A DNA stretch of 64,000 nucleotides from Nitrospirota bacterium (GCA_040758355.1 JBFLWF010000012.1:1-64000); one strand, 5' to 3'. Shown: positions 21,290-31,451, counted from the first letter of the stretch. Made by a program: numbers and translations. Notes: generated by a model from the letters alone, not told the origin.

Positions 21290-22722
21290 AGCTCCATTAC
21301 CGCCTTTTTAAACTGCCTCCCCCTGTCCTCGAAATCCCTGAACATATCAAAACTGGCGCACGCAGGCGATAGCAAAACCACATCTCCTGGAGAGGCTGCA
21401 TGCTTTGCCTTTATTACCGCTGCCTTAAAATCCTCTTCCATAAAAACATCTTTTGCCACGTCCCCCACTGCCTTTTTTATCTTGTCCCTTGCCTCACCGA
21501 TAAGGACAAGGGACTTAACTTTTTCTTTAATAAGCGGTCTCAAAATTGTAAAATCGCTGTCCTTATCCCTTCCGCCTGCAATAAGCACTACAGGCTCGCT
21601 GAAGCTCTCAAGGGATTTTATAACAGCCCCAACATTGGTTCCCTTGGAATCGTTGATGAACTTTACACCGTCTATTTCCCTGACAAACTCAAGCCTGTGC
21701 TCAAGTCCCGGAAAGATTTTCAGTGTACTGATTACGGTATCGGCACTGCAGCCTGACAATAGCGCCATCAAAGAAGCAGCCATGGCATTTTCGATATTAT
21801 GGACGCCTTTAATTTTAAAGGTTGAAGGATCAAGGCAATAGGCTATAGGCGATAGGCCATGGGCTTCAACTTCAGGGATATTAAAGCGTATTAAACCGTC
21901 TTTGTAAAAAGCGCCTTTAACCTCTTTTTTTCTGCTAAAGTAAAAAATCTCCGGTCTATTGCCTATTGCCCATTGCCTATTGCCTATTTTCTCTATCTCT
22001 TCAGTTGCCGGGTCATCCGCATTCAATACCAGAAAGTCTCCTGACCTTTGATTCAGGAATATCCTGCATTTCGCATCGATATAATCGGACATTGAATGGT
22101 ATCTGTCCAGATGGTCGGGTGTTATATTGAGTATTGCTGCACCTTTTGGCCTGAATGCATCGATAGTCTCGAGCTGAAAACTCGATACCTCCGCAACAAT
22201 GTAGCTGATAGCTGACGGCTGATGGCTGATAACTTTCTGTATCTCTTCTGTAAGCGCATTGCCTATGTTACCGCCGACAATGGCATTAAACCCGCTGTTT
22301 TTTACCATCTCGTAAAGGAGTGCAGTAGTTGTCGATTTTCCATTGGTTCCGGTCACAGCAAGAAATTCTGTCTTTCTATTGCTGACTGCTGACTGCTGAC
22401 CGCTGACTATCTGATACGCCAGTTCCAGTTCGCCTATTATCTTTATCCCTTTTTCCGATGCTGCTTTCAGAGGCGCGATATTTAAAGGTACGCCCGGACT
22501 TACAATAATAAGGTCTGTATTTTCGAATAACTCCGCGGGATGATTACCGAGTTGCAGTTTAATATCAGGATTAAGTTTTTTCAGGAACGTTTCGAGTTCC
22601 CTGATATTTTTTTTGTCTGTTACTGTAACTAAGGCGCCGAGTTTAGAAAGGAGATTGGCTGCGCCAACGCCGCTTCTGGCAAGGCCAACAATGGTAACCT
22701 TCTTACCCTTTACATCTGTCAA
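21286..22722 (-). CDS. murD: UDP-N-acetylmuramoyl-L-alanine--D-glutamate ligase
   Basis: GLARSG, SPGVP, TGTNGKSTT, EVSSFQL, DHLDRY, NDSKGTN, SPACASFD. Confidence 0.96.
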   Translation of the reverse strand: MTDVKGKKVTIVGLARSGVGAANLLSKLGALVTVTDKKNIRELETFLKKLNPDIKLQLGNHPAELFENTDLIIVSPGVPLNIAPLKAASEKGIKIIGELELAYQIVSGQQSAVSNRKTEFLAVTGTNGKSTTTALLYEMVKNSGFNAIVGGNIGNALTEEIQKVISHQPSAISYIVAEVSSFQLETIDAFRPKGAAILNITPDHLDRYHSMSDYIDAKCRIFLNQRSGDFLVLNADDPATEEIEKIGNRQWAIGNRPEIFYFSRKKEVKGAFYKDGLIRFNIPEVEAHGLSPIAYCLDPSTFKIKGVHNIENAMAASLMALLSGCSADTVISTLKIFPGLEHRLEFVREIDGVKFINDSKGTNVGAVIKSLESFSEPVVLIAGGRDKDSDFTILRPLIKEKVKSLVLIGEARDKIKKAVGDVAKDVFMEEDFKAAVIKAKHAASPGDVVLLSPACASFDMFRDFEDRGRQFKKAVMEL

Positions 22723-22767
22723 TTCTTATACCCGACCTCGCTGTGTTTTTAACCTCAACAAAAATAC

Positions 22768-23865
22768 TCATGATTTATCCGTTGATTCATGTCTGCGGAC
22801 AGAAAGCTCCTTACCCGAAGACTTCTTTGTTTTCTTTTTGTCTATCTTTGCATGAGAGTTTTTCTTGTGACTTGCATGAGCAACCTTTTTTGCCTTGTAT
22901 TTATGCCTCTTTGCAATTGATTTTTTATGCTTATGTTTTTTATCTGCCTTATACGATGCAAAAACCACAGGCCTTTCATCCTCGCTGCTGAAAAAGATCA
23001 TGGGTTCTGCCTTCTGGTTTAAGACATCGTAACCTTTTGATAAAAGCACCGTAGAATCCTCCCATAGATTGTCCCGTGCCGATTCGCCCAGGACAGCGGC
23101 TATGAGCGTATTTTGTTCCCTTTTTGCAGCACAGACAAAGCAGTGCCTTGCTGCCCTTGTGTACCCTGTTTTCCCTCCAATGTTTTCTTCATCTGTCCAG
23201 AGAAGCTGGTTTGTATTTTTAACGAATATCCTTCTTCCGCTCTCAGAGAATATCTCTTTTGCCCGTGTGTTGACTACCTCACGAATCAAAGGATATCCGA
23301 GAGATTTTTTCATGATTATGGCAAGGTCAAAGGCTGTTATATATTGGTCAGGGCCTGGAAGTCCGGAGGCATTCATGAACCTCGTATTTTCTGCGCCCAG
23401 ATGGATTGCCTTGTCATTCATCATCGATACAAATGCATCCTCAGAGCCTGCAGTCGCTTCTGCAAGGGCAACGGCAGCGCTGTTCACAGACCTCATGAGG
23501 GCAAGATACAAAAGGTCTCTTACACTGAACCGTTCCCCTTTCCTGAGGTGGGGGCTTACCGATGGTGTGTTGGCCGCATTCTCGCTGATTGTGATAATGG
23601 AATCAGGATTAAGCCTGTCCAGGGCAACCATTGCTGTTATGAGCTTTGTGGTACTTGCAGGAGGCTGCTTCAGATTTGGGTTCTTTGCATAAAGTATCTT
23701 TTCGCTTGCACTGTCTATAACTACCGCAGCCCTTGCAGAGATATCATCGGCATAGACAGTGGACAGAGAATAGTGAATAGTGAATAGAAAGACAACAAGT
23801 ATAAATAAAAAGATTTCCCTGCCGCCCTTGACCCTTGACCCTTGACCCTCGATCCTTTTCTTCAT
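22768..23865 (-). CDS. D-alanyl-D-alanine carboxypeptidase (peptidase S11) with Lys/His-rich tail
   Basis: PASTTK (SxxK), SVN (SxN), GGKTGYT; N-terminal signal/TM. Confidence 0.9.
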   Translation of the reverse strand: MKKRIEGQGSRVKGGREIFLFILVVFLFTIHYSLSTVYADDISARAAVVIDSASEKILYAKNPNLKQPPASTTKLITAMVALDRLNPDSIITISENAANTPSVSPHLRKGERFSVRDLLYLALMRSVNSAAVALAEATAGSEDAFVSMMNDKAIHLGAENTRFMNASGLPGPDQYITAFDLAIIMKKSLGYPLIREVVNTRAKEIFSESGRRIFVKNTNQLLWTDEENIGGKTGYTRAARHCFVCAAKREQNTLIAAVLGESARDNLWEDSTVLLSKGYDVLNQKAEPMIFFSSEDERPVVFASYKADKKHKHKKSIAKRHKYKAKKVAHASHKKNSHAKIDKKKTKKSSGKELSVRRHESTDKS

Positions 23866-23868
23866 ATC

Positions 23869-24951
23869 TCACCTCAATTTTAATGTTGCAAGGCTGAATA
23901 ATGCAAGGATTATTCCTACAATCCAGAATCTCACGATGACCTTCGGCTCGGGCCATCCCTTTAACTCAAAATGGTGGTGTATGGGCGCCATCTTGAATAT
24001 CCTCCTGCCTGTAAGTTTAAACGACATAACCTGCATTACAACGGATACTGTCTCTATAACGAATATGCCTCCCACAACAGCAAGGACTATCTCGTGTTTT
24101 GTTATAACGGCGAGTGTGCCCAGTGCGCCTCCAAGCGACAATGACCCGACATCCCCCATAAAGACCTCTGCAGGATGTGAGTTGTACCATAAGAACCCCA
24201 GCGAAGCACCGAGCATGGCCCCGCAGAATACCGTCAATTCACCGATCCCGGGAATATATAGAACCTGCAGATATTTTGCGAACTGTGCATGGCCGGATAT
24301 ATACACAAGGGCTACATTGGCTATGGTGGCGATGGCAACAAGGCCTATGGCAAGACCGTCTATGCCGTCTGTGAGGTTCACGGCATTGGAAGATCCGACA
24401 ATAACAAAAACCGAAAACGGTATATAAAAATAGCCGAGGTCAAAAAGCCATTTCTTGAAAAATGGTATGCTCAAAACATCGTTATAGGGATCCTTCGGAT
24501 TCGTATAAAGGAATATTCCTATCAACAGGGCAAGCAATAACTGTAAACCGAACTTGTACAAAGCCTTCAATCCCTTTGGATTCCGCTTTACCGATTTCAG
24601 ATAATCATCGCAAAAACCGATGGCGCCAAAACCCAGCAGCGAAGTCATCACCACACAGATATAGATATTCCTGAAATTCCCCCACATCAGCATGGAGACA
24701 GTGATTGACGCCAGAATTATAATGCCGCCCATTGTCGGTGTACCGGCCTTTGAATAATGGGTCTTAGGGCCGTCGTCCCTTATCTGCTGGGTCATACTTA
24801 TCTTTCTGAGCCACCGTATGATATGAGGCGCAATAATGAATGTGACTATCAGGGCGGTCATTGCTGCCAGGGATGTCCTGAATGTTATATACCTGAATAC
24901 ATTAAAAGGAGAAAAATAGTTATGCAGGCTGTAAAGCAGTTCGTAGAGCAT
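23869..24951 (-). CDS. mraY: Phospho-N-acetylmuramoyl-pentapeptide transferase
   Basis: KAGTPTMGG, NAVNLTDGIDGL, FMGDVGS, MAPIHHHFE. Confidence 0.98.
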   Translation of the reverse strand: MLYELLYSLHNYFSPFNVFRYITFRTSLAAMTALIVTFIIAPHIIRWLRKISMTQQIRDDGPKTHYSKAGTPTMGGIIILASITVSMLMWGNFRNIYICVVMTSLLGFGAIGFCDDYLKSVKRNPKGLKALYKFGLQLLLALLIGIFLYTNPKDPYNDVLSIPFFKKWLFDLGYFYIPFSVFVIVGSSNAVNLTDGIDGLAIGLVAIATIANVALVYISGHAQFAKYLQVLYIPGIGELTVFCGAMLGASLGFLWYNSHPAEVFMGDVGSLSLGGALGTLAVITKHEIVLAVVGGIFVIETVSVVMQVMSFKLTGRRIFKMAPIHHHFELKGWPEPKVIVRFWIVGIILALFSLATLKLR

Positions 24952-24953
24952 AC

Positions 24954-26366
24954 TCAGCCCCTGTGCTGTCCCGAAAAGTCCCCGGTGAAACCAACAGACT
25001 CTTTGGAACTCTCTATTGCGGCCATTACCCTTTCCATCCTCATTCCCCTCGAACCCTTTATCAAAACGATATCTCCATCATCGATTATCTCGCTCAACTT
25101 CACTCCGGCATCCTCTGACGTATCTGCGTATATACCATTTCCCCTGAATTCGGAAACAGCAAAGGACATCAACGGCCCCACACCTATAAAGACATCCACA
25201 GAAATGTCCGAAAGCCTCTGCCCCAATTTTTTATGTTCTGTAACCCCGTAATCGCCAAGTTCCAGCATATCCCCCAAAACTGCAATGGCCCTCTTGTATT
25301 TGCCTGAACTCACGAGCCTTGTCAGTTCATTGATGGACTCTTCCATGGATGAAGGATTTGCATTATAAACATCGTTGAGAAATGTCACGCCTCTGTTCTT
25401 TTTTATCTCAAACCTCATATTAACGCCTTCGAAGGATTCCAGACCCTTTTTTATCTCTTGCAGGTTGAATCCAACGGCATACGCGGCAGCGGCTCCGGCA
25501 AGGGAATTATACACATTAAAACGTCCCTGTATCTTTAGGTTTATATCAATGCACTCCTTTCCTGCACATAAAAGAAATCCAGTACCTTCATCGGAAAAGA
25601 CAATATCTCTGGCGATTAAATCTGCATCCTGCGTTTCTATTGCAAAGGTTATAATTTCCCCTTTAAACTTTGCACTCACGCCTTCCATGAGGAACGAGTC
25701 ATCGGCATTCACGACCAATTTCTTTACAAAAGGCGCTATTTCAAGCTCGGCATCCCTGACCTTATACAGTGAGCCGAAACCCTGAAGGTGCTCATACCCT
25801 ATGTTGGTAATAACCCCGATGTCAGGCAGTGCAATGCTGCACAGCTCATCCACATCTCCCGGCCTGTTCGTCCCCATCTCAAGCACCATGATGCGTGTAT
25901 TTTTATCCATCATGGTGATGGAAAGGGGCATCCCGATATGGTTGTTGAGGTTTCCCGATGTCTTGAGTACACTCAGCCGTGTGTTGAGAATTGATGATAT
26001 GAATTCCTTTGTTGTTGTCTTGCCATTGCTCCCCACCACGCCGATAACATGCCCCTTGAATCTTTTTCTCATATACCGCGCTAAATTATGGAGGGCAAGG
26101 AGGGTATTATCTACGAGGATAATAGTTCTATCCTCGATTGGCAAACCTTGAGCCATGAATTGCAGATTATTGACAACGGCACCACCGCCGGACTTCAAGG
26201 CATCAATGAGGAAATCGTGGCCGTCGAACCGGTCCCCCTTTAATGCGATGAGTAATTCGCCGCTCTTTATTGTTCGTGAGTCTATGGACACGCCGGTAAA
26301 TTCGGCATTTCCCTCAACGACAATACTGCCGCCTGTTGCCTTGATTATGTCCCTGATGCTCAGCAT
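24954..26366 (-). CDS. murF: UDP-N-acetylmuramoyl-tripeptide--D-alanyl-D-alanine ligase (start 26366 or 26378)
   Basis: DSR, GSNGKTTTKE, NNHIGMP, YNANP, GDMLELG, KGSRG. Confidence 0.95.
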   Translation of the reverse strand: MLSIRDIIKATGGSIVVEGNAEFTGVSIDSRTIKSGELLIALKGDRFDGHDFLIDALKSGGGAVVNNLQFMAQGLPIEDRTIILVDNTLLALHNLARYMRKRFKGHVIGVVGSNGKTTTKEFISSILNTRLSVLKTSGNLNNHIGMPLSITMMDKNTRIMVLEMGTNRPGDVDELCSIALPDIGVITNIGYEHLQGFGSLYKVRDAELEIAPFVKKLVVNADDSFLMEGVSAKFKGEIITFAIETQDADLIARDIVFSDEGTGFLLCAGKECIDINLKIQGRFNVYNSLAGAAAAYAVGFNLQEIKKGLESFEGVNMRFEIKKNRGVTFLNDVYNANPSSMEESINELTRLVSSGKYKRAIAVLGDMLELGDYGVTEHKKLGQRLSDISVDVFIGVGPLMSFAVSEFRGNGIYADTSEDAGVKLSEIIDDGDIVLIKGSRGMRMERVMAAIESSKESVGFTGDFSGQHRG

Positions 26367-28021
26367 CTGCCAGTACACCCGATATTCTCTGTACCTTTAT
26401 AATTGGTGCCGCCTCCAAAGGACGGCCTGCTTATTGAACGCCTGATTGCGTTCTCAAGGGCAACCCTGTCGCTGAAATCATAACGCTTCCCCTGAATCTC
26501 CTGATAATCCTCATGTCCTTTCCCTGCCACCAGCACTATATCCCCGGAGGATGCAAGCTCAACGGCCATGCTTATGGCAACATCCCTGTCAGGGATGATG
26601 ATGTAGTTGTCTCCGACCATCCCTTTCTCTATATCCCTTATAATTGACCTCGGACTTTCATTTCTCGGATTATCGGAGGTTATTATCACAAAGTCGCTGA
26701 GACGTGCTGCAATCTCTCCCATCTTTGAGCGCTTTCCCCTGTCCCTGTTGCCTCCGCAGCCGAAGACGGTGATGATCTTTCCCCTCTTTTCATTTCCTTC
26801 TAACTTTTCGGGCATAGAGTATTCACGTCTTTTTGCCTTCATCATCTCCTCTGTCTTTTCCGCAAAACGGTACGCCTCAAGCAGTTGACGGGCAGTGAGC
26901 AAAAGCCTCTCAAGGGCATCTTCTGTATGGGCATAATCCACAACAGCGAGGAAGTCCTGCCCTACGTCGACCTTTTCAAACCTTCCCTTGACCAATCCTG
27001 TCATGGCAATTCCCTCCTTTATTATCTTTATTGGTATATCCATTGATAAAGCTGCACATATGGAAGAAAGCATGTTATAGACATTTGTTACTCCAACAAG
27101 GGGAGAAATAATGACCTTTGACCCCTGACCCTTGACCCTTATCTTGAATGAAGTTCCCTTGAATGTTGTTTTTATATCAGAGGCCAGCACATCTGCATTT
27201 TGATTATTTATCGCATAAGTTAATATTTTTTGACCCTTTAGATCATTCACGAGCCTTTCCCCATATGGGTCGTCCAGATTAATTACAGCAGTGCCGTCTT
27301 CTGTTAAAAGTTCGGTAAAGAGTCTCCTTTTTGCCATGAAATAATCTTCCATTGTCCGGTGAAAATCGAGATGATCCCTTGTGAGGTTCGTAAAAACAGC
27401 CACTCTGAATTTTGTATAATCCACCCTCTTCTGTGAAAGGGAATGGGATGAAACTTCGGTTACTACATGGCTGCAGCCCTTATCGACCATCTCCCTGAGC
27501 AGTACCTGAAAGTCAGGGGCTTCCGGCGTTGTATGCGGCGCATCATAGGCCCTGTCCTTTATCAGATAAGTGATCGTACCTATCAGACCAACATCTTTTC
27601 CCCATTTTTCGAGGATGGACTTCATCAGGTATGATGTGGTTGTCTTGCCGTTTGTGCCTGTAATGCCGATAACAGCGGCAGCCTCAGACGGCCTTCCATA
27701 AAAATTATGTGAGATGGATGCAGCAGCATCCCTGCTATCCTTAACTCCAATCCATATTATGTCAGGATATTTATTCATGAGCATTGCTGATTGCTGATTG
27801 CTGATTGCCGATTGCCCATATACTATGGCAACCGCACCTTTCTTAATCGCATCCTCAATAAAATCATGGCCGTCAAAGCTCTCTCCCTTTATGGCTACAA
27901 AAACATCTCCGTTCTTAACCTTTCTTGAGTCATAGGTTATTCCGGAGATGCTCTTTTCCATGTCTCCGGTTACTTCGAACTCATTCATCAATATATCTTT
28001 TATCTTCATATTAATTATCAT
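26360..28021 (-). CDS. murE: UDP-N-acetylmuramoyl-L-alanyl-D-glutamate--diamino acid ligase
   Basis: TGTNGKTTT, EVSSH, DHLDFH, DYAHT, GCGGNRD, DNPR (mDAP-type), AGKGHE. Confidence 0.96.
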   Translation of the reverse strand: MIINMKIKDILMNEFEVTGDMEKSISGITYDSRKVKNGDVFVAIKGESFDGHDFIEDAIKKGAVAIVYGQSAISNQQSAMLMNKYPDIIWIGVKDSRDAAASISHNFYGRPSEAAAVIGITGTNGKTTTSYLMKSILEKWGKDVGLIGTITYLIKDRAYDAPHTTPEAPDFQVLLREMVDKGCSHVVTEVSSHSLSQKRVDYTKFRVAVFTNLTRDHLDFHRTMEDYFMAKRRLFTELLTEDGTAVINLDDPYGERLVNDLKGQKILTYAINNQNADVLASDIKTTFKGTSFKIRVKGQGSKVIISPLVGVTNVYNMLSSICAALSMDIPIKIIKEGIAMTGLVKGRFEKVDVGQDFLAVVDYAHTEDALERLLLTARQLLEAYRFAEKTEEMMKAKRREYSMPEKLEGNEKRGKIITVFGCGGNRDRGKRSKMGEIAARLSDFVIITSDNPRNESPRSIIRDIEKGMVGDNYIIIPDRDVAISMAVELASSGDIVLVAGKGHEDYQEIQGKRYDFSDRVALENAIRRSISRPSFGGGTNYKGTENIGCTGRC

Positions 28022-29739
28022 TTATCGGCCTCATTTTTGGAAACCATTAACAATCCCTTTTCTCCGGAATCATCCCTCGGAACACTCAGATAAGAGAGGG
28101 ATTCGCTGGCTATCTTCCTGAAAACAGGTCCGGCAACTACGCCTCCGTATATCTGTCCTTTAGGCTCGTGAATAACGACTATCATCGCTATCTTCGGCTT
28201 ATCCGCAGGGACAAACCCTACAAACGAACTCACGAACTTCTCCTTGGAATACCTCTTTGTCTTCGGGTCTATCAGTTGCGCCGTGCCTGTCTTGCCCGCA
28301 ACCTGATTGCCGTCAACAGCAGCCTCCAGTGCAGTGCCGCCTTCCTCTGTAACTGTCTTGAGTATTTCCCTGAAGACATTTACGGTCTTTTCTGAAAGGA
28401 TCCTTTTAGCCTCAGGATTTATTTTGTAAACAGTGTTTCCATCCGGTGACTTCACCTCTGAAACAACATATGGTCTGACAAGAAACCCGCCGTTAGCAAT
28501 AGCCGCATATGCCCTTAAAACCTGCAAAGGAGTTACTGCAACCTCCTGGCCTATAGAGATAGCACCGATAGATGTACCCGACCACTTTGAAGGACTATAC
28601 ACCCACCCCGAGACCTCGCCCGCAAGGTCTATCCCTGTCTTTTCGCCGAAACCGAAGCGCTTGATATACTCATATAATCTTTCCCTGCCCAGACTAAACC
28701 CTATCTTTATAGTTCCAACATTTGACGATTTCTGTATCACTTCCTTAAATGAGAGAACACCATGCCTGTGGTCATCCTTTATCCTTTTGCCTCCCACTTC
28801 TATGTATCCAGCACTACAGTCAAATTTTGTATCGGGATTTACGATCCCCTCTTCAAGGGCAGCAGTGCCAGCTATTATTTTAAAGGTTGAGCCCGGCTCA
28901 TAGCAATCTGTAATGGCCCTGTTCCTCCTCTGGTTCGGTGCTGCATCAGAGGGATCATTGATATCAAAGGTCGGCCTGTTTGCCATTGCCAGTATTTCAC
29001 CCGTATAAGGGTCCATCATTATGGCCGTGGCTGAAGCAGCCTTCCAGTGCAAATAGGCGGCATCGAGGTTTTTTTCCAGAATATATTGCAGTCCCTCGTC
29101 AATGGTTAAAACTAAATTATTACCCTTTATCTCCCTGCTTAAAGAAAAGCCCTGGCCGTCTGAAAGCACATTCCCCTTTGCATCCCTGAATACATAGGCC
29201 TTCTCGCTTCTTGAGGCAAGGTATCTGTCATACCTCTGCTCAACACCCTCAAGCCCGTTGTTGTCCACATTCACAAAGCCTATGATATGGGATGCAAGAC
29301 TGCCTTTAGGGTAGTACCGTTTTACCTCAGGGGCAAATCCTATTCCCCTCAGCTTCAAATCCTTTATGCCCCGGGCATACTCGATACCGACTTTTCTCTC
29401 TATCCAGTTGAACCTCCTGTCGGTATTCAGCTTTGCTAATATAATCTCCGGTTTTTGATTAATCCTTTCAGATAGGGCAGATGCAACTTTATCAGGAGAT
29501 GTTATTTCAGAGGGGTCGGCATAAATGGATTCGGTGTCCAGATTTATGGCAAGCTCCCTGCCCCTCCTGTCGAAGATAATGCCCCGTTTGACAGGAATGA
29601 TCTCTTTTCTGACTTGTTGAAATTTCGCCTTGGCAGAAAACCATTCATGATTAAAGAGCATAATATCCACAAGCCGGAAAACAACGGCAATAAAACCAAA
29701 GGTAATGGCTGTGCTCAAAATAATCGCCCTTTTTCTCAT
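28018..29739 (-). CDS. ftsI: Penicillin-binding protein 3 (class B)
   Basis: RGIIFDR, EPGSTFK, SSN, KTGTAQ; downstream of ftsL. Confidence 0.93.
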   Translation of the reverse strand: MRKRAIILSTAITFGFIAVVFRLVDIMLFNHEWFSAKAKFQQVRKEIIPVKRGIIFDRRGRELAINLDTESIYADPSEITSPDKVASALSERINQKPEIILAKLNTDRRFNWIERKVGIEYARGIKDLKLRGIGFAPEVKRYYPKGSLASHIIGFVNVDNNGLEGVEQRYDRYLASRSEKAYVFRDAKGNVLSDGQGFSLSREIKGNNLVLTIDEGLQYILEKNLDAAYLHWKAASATAIMMDPYTGEILAMANRPTFDINDPSDAAPNQRRNRAITDCYEPGSTFKIIAGTAALEEGIVNPDTKFDCSAGYIEVGGKRIKDDHRHGVLSFKEVIQKSSNVGTIKIGFSLGRERLYEYIKRFGFGEKTGIDLAGEVSGWVYSPSKWSGTSIGAISIGQEVAVTPLQVLRAYAAIANGGFLVRPYVVSEVKSPDGNTVYKINPEAKRILSEKTVNVFREILKTVTEEGGTALEAAVDGNQVAGKTGTAQLIDPKTKRYSKEKFVSSFVGFVPADKPKIAMIVVIHEPKGQIYGGVVAGPVFRKIASESLSYLSVPRDDSGEKGLLMVSKNEADK

Positions 29740-29800
29740 AACACCCCGTTACTATAAAATTCTCCCTTTAAAGCCTCCTTTGGATAGCGAGCTTTCACGG

Positions 29801-29923
29801 CTACCGCACAAGAAGCCATGCAGCTACCATCCACATTACAAGACCAAGGAAAACAGCTATTGCGAAGTATTCCAAAAACCCTGTATCTTCGTCTTCATCC
29901 AACCGGATGTTGTTGTCCACCAC
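29801..29923 (-). CDS. Putative 40-aa single-pass membrane protein (absent from the ORF track)
   Basis: GTG start after GAGGA; MVDNNIRLDEDEDTGFLEYFAIAVFLGLVMWMVAAWLLVR-TAG, an acidic N-terminus plus a ~20-aa hydrophobic helix. Confidence 0.6.
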   Translation of the reverse strand: MVDNNIRLDEDEDTGFLEYFAIAVFLGLVMWMVAAWLLVR

Positions 29924-29941
29924 TCATGTCCTCTGCTTCAT

Positions 29942-30277
29942 CTATCTCTCCTTAAAGGATGCCCTGTACGGCTCGTTGTCCTTTGCCTTTTTCACATACA
30001 CAACCTTAACCCTGTCGGGAAAGGCAAAACCACTATTAACAGTGCTATTACCGGCAACCTTCTCAAACCGCTCAACAGACAACAGGCTTGCCCTCTCTGC
30101 TGCAAGCATTTTTCTGTCCTTCATGAGCACGGACTTTTTCTTTTCGAGACTGCTGATGCCGTATTCAAGGGAAACAAAGCTCGACCGCAGCCATACAATG
30201 GAAAATATCGATAAAAGCAGCATTGCAATAGAGAGCGGCTTCAACATCGCAATCAATCTATTTTGTCTTCTAATCAT
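29942..30277 (-). CDS. ftsL: Cell division protein FtsL-like
   Basis: Small TM plus coiled-coil protein between rsmH and ftsI. Confidence 0.75.
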   Translation of the reverse strand: MIRRQNRLIAMLKPLSIAMLLLSIFSIVWLRSSFVSLEYGISSLEKKKSVLMKDRKMLAAERASLLSVERFEKVAGNSTVNSGFAFPDRVKVVYVKKAKDNEPYRASFKER

Positions 30278-31178
30278 AACCCTTAACCCCTTGACTACTT
30301 ATTTTCTCCGCCCCCCTGAGCTTCGCACTCCTCGATGAAGGATTGATCTTTATCTCATCAAAACCGGCGGTTACAGGCTTTTTCGTTAAAACCTTCACGA
30401 TGCCCTCTCTGGCATTGTCTCTCACGAAGTTCTTTACTATCCGGTCTTCGAGGGAGTGGTAAGAGATAACGCACAGCCTGCCGCCTGCCTTCAACATATT
30501 CAGAGCTGATGCAAGACCTTTTTTCAGTTCATCGAGTTCTCTATTGACCTCTATCCTCAGTGCCTGAAATGTCCTTGTTGCAGGATGTGTTTTGCCCCTG
30601 CCTCCATAAACCTTCATCACGGTATCGGATAGCTCTTTGCACGTATTTATTGGAGACTTTTTCCTGCAGGTAATAATCGCCTTTGCTATCCTCCTGGCAA
30701 ATGGCTCTTCTCCGTATTCTTTCAATATCCCCTCCAACTCCTTTTCAGGGTATTTATTCACAACATCCCATGCCGTTAATTCCTGTGCAGTATCCATCCT
30801 CATATCAAGTCTTGCTTCCGAGGCAAAGCTGAAGCCGCGTTTTAGCTCCTTCAACTGGAGCATCGAGACCCCAAGGTCGAACAAAACACCGTCAACCTCT
30901 CTTATATTCATGGAAGATAGTATGTCTTCTATCTGCGAGAAACTCCCGTTTTTAAGGAATACCCTGCTGTTGCCAAGCCTTTCACGGGCATACCCGAGTG
31001 CATCTTCATCCCTGTCTATGCCGACCAGCCTGCCATCGGAGCCGAGCATCGAAAGCACTGCCTCTGCATGGCCTCCAAGGCCGACAGTTGCATCCACATA
31101 TGTTCCATTTGCTTTCACGTCAAGCATTTCCATGGTCTCCTTCACCAAAACCGGGATATGCATTAGTTCATAGTTCAT
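30270..31178 (-). CDS. rsmH: 16S rRNA m4C1402 methyltransferase
   Basis: HIPVL, DATVGLGGH, DLGVS, LDMRM, FQALRIEVN, HSLEDRIVK, SRSAKLR. Confidence 0.97.
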   Translation of the reverse strand: MNYELMHIPVLVKETMEMLDVKANGTYVDATVGLGGHAEAVLSMLGSDGRLVGIDRDEDALGYARERLGNSRVFLKNGSFSQIEDILSSMNIREVDGVLFDLGVSMLQLKELKRGFSFASEARLDMRMDTAQELTAWDVVNKYPEKELEGILKEYGEEPFARRIAKAIITCRKKSPINTCKELSDTVMKVYGGRGKTHPATRTFQALRIEVNRELDELKKGLASALNMLKAGGRLCVISYHSLEDRIVKNFVRDNAREGIVKVLTKKPVTAGFDEIKINPSSRSAKLRGAEKISSQGVKGYD

Positions 31179-31201
31179 AGTCAAAAATAAAAATCCATGA
31201 G

Positions 31202-31378
31202 CTATGAGCCGGCATAAACCTCGCCCACATAATGGGACACATTATAGTTGTACAGGGAGAACGGGTCTATATGCTCCTTTATCCTGGCGATTATCTCTTC
31301 CATATCCTTCTCATTCCCCCATTTTTCATAAAACGGCGATGCCTTTACAGCTTCCCTTACTTCCTCCACTGTCAACAT
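31202..31378 (-). CDS. Small hypothetical protein (58 aa) between mraZ and rsmH
   Basis: Strong AAAGGAGGT RBS; MLTVEEVREAVKASPFYEKWG...GEVYAGS. Confidence 0.7.
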   Translation of the reverse strand: MLTVEEVREAVKASPFYEKWGNEKDMEEIIARIKEHIDPFSLYNYNVSHYVGEVYAGS

Positions 31379-31451
31379 AACACTACCTCCTTTCTTAAAG
31401 GGAGACGGAATGCATAGGGATATTCCCAGCATTCCCCGTAATGTGTTCTGT

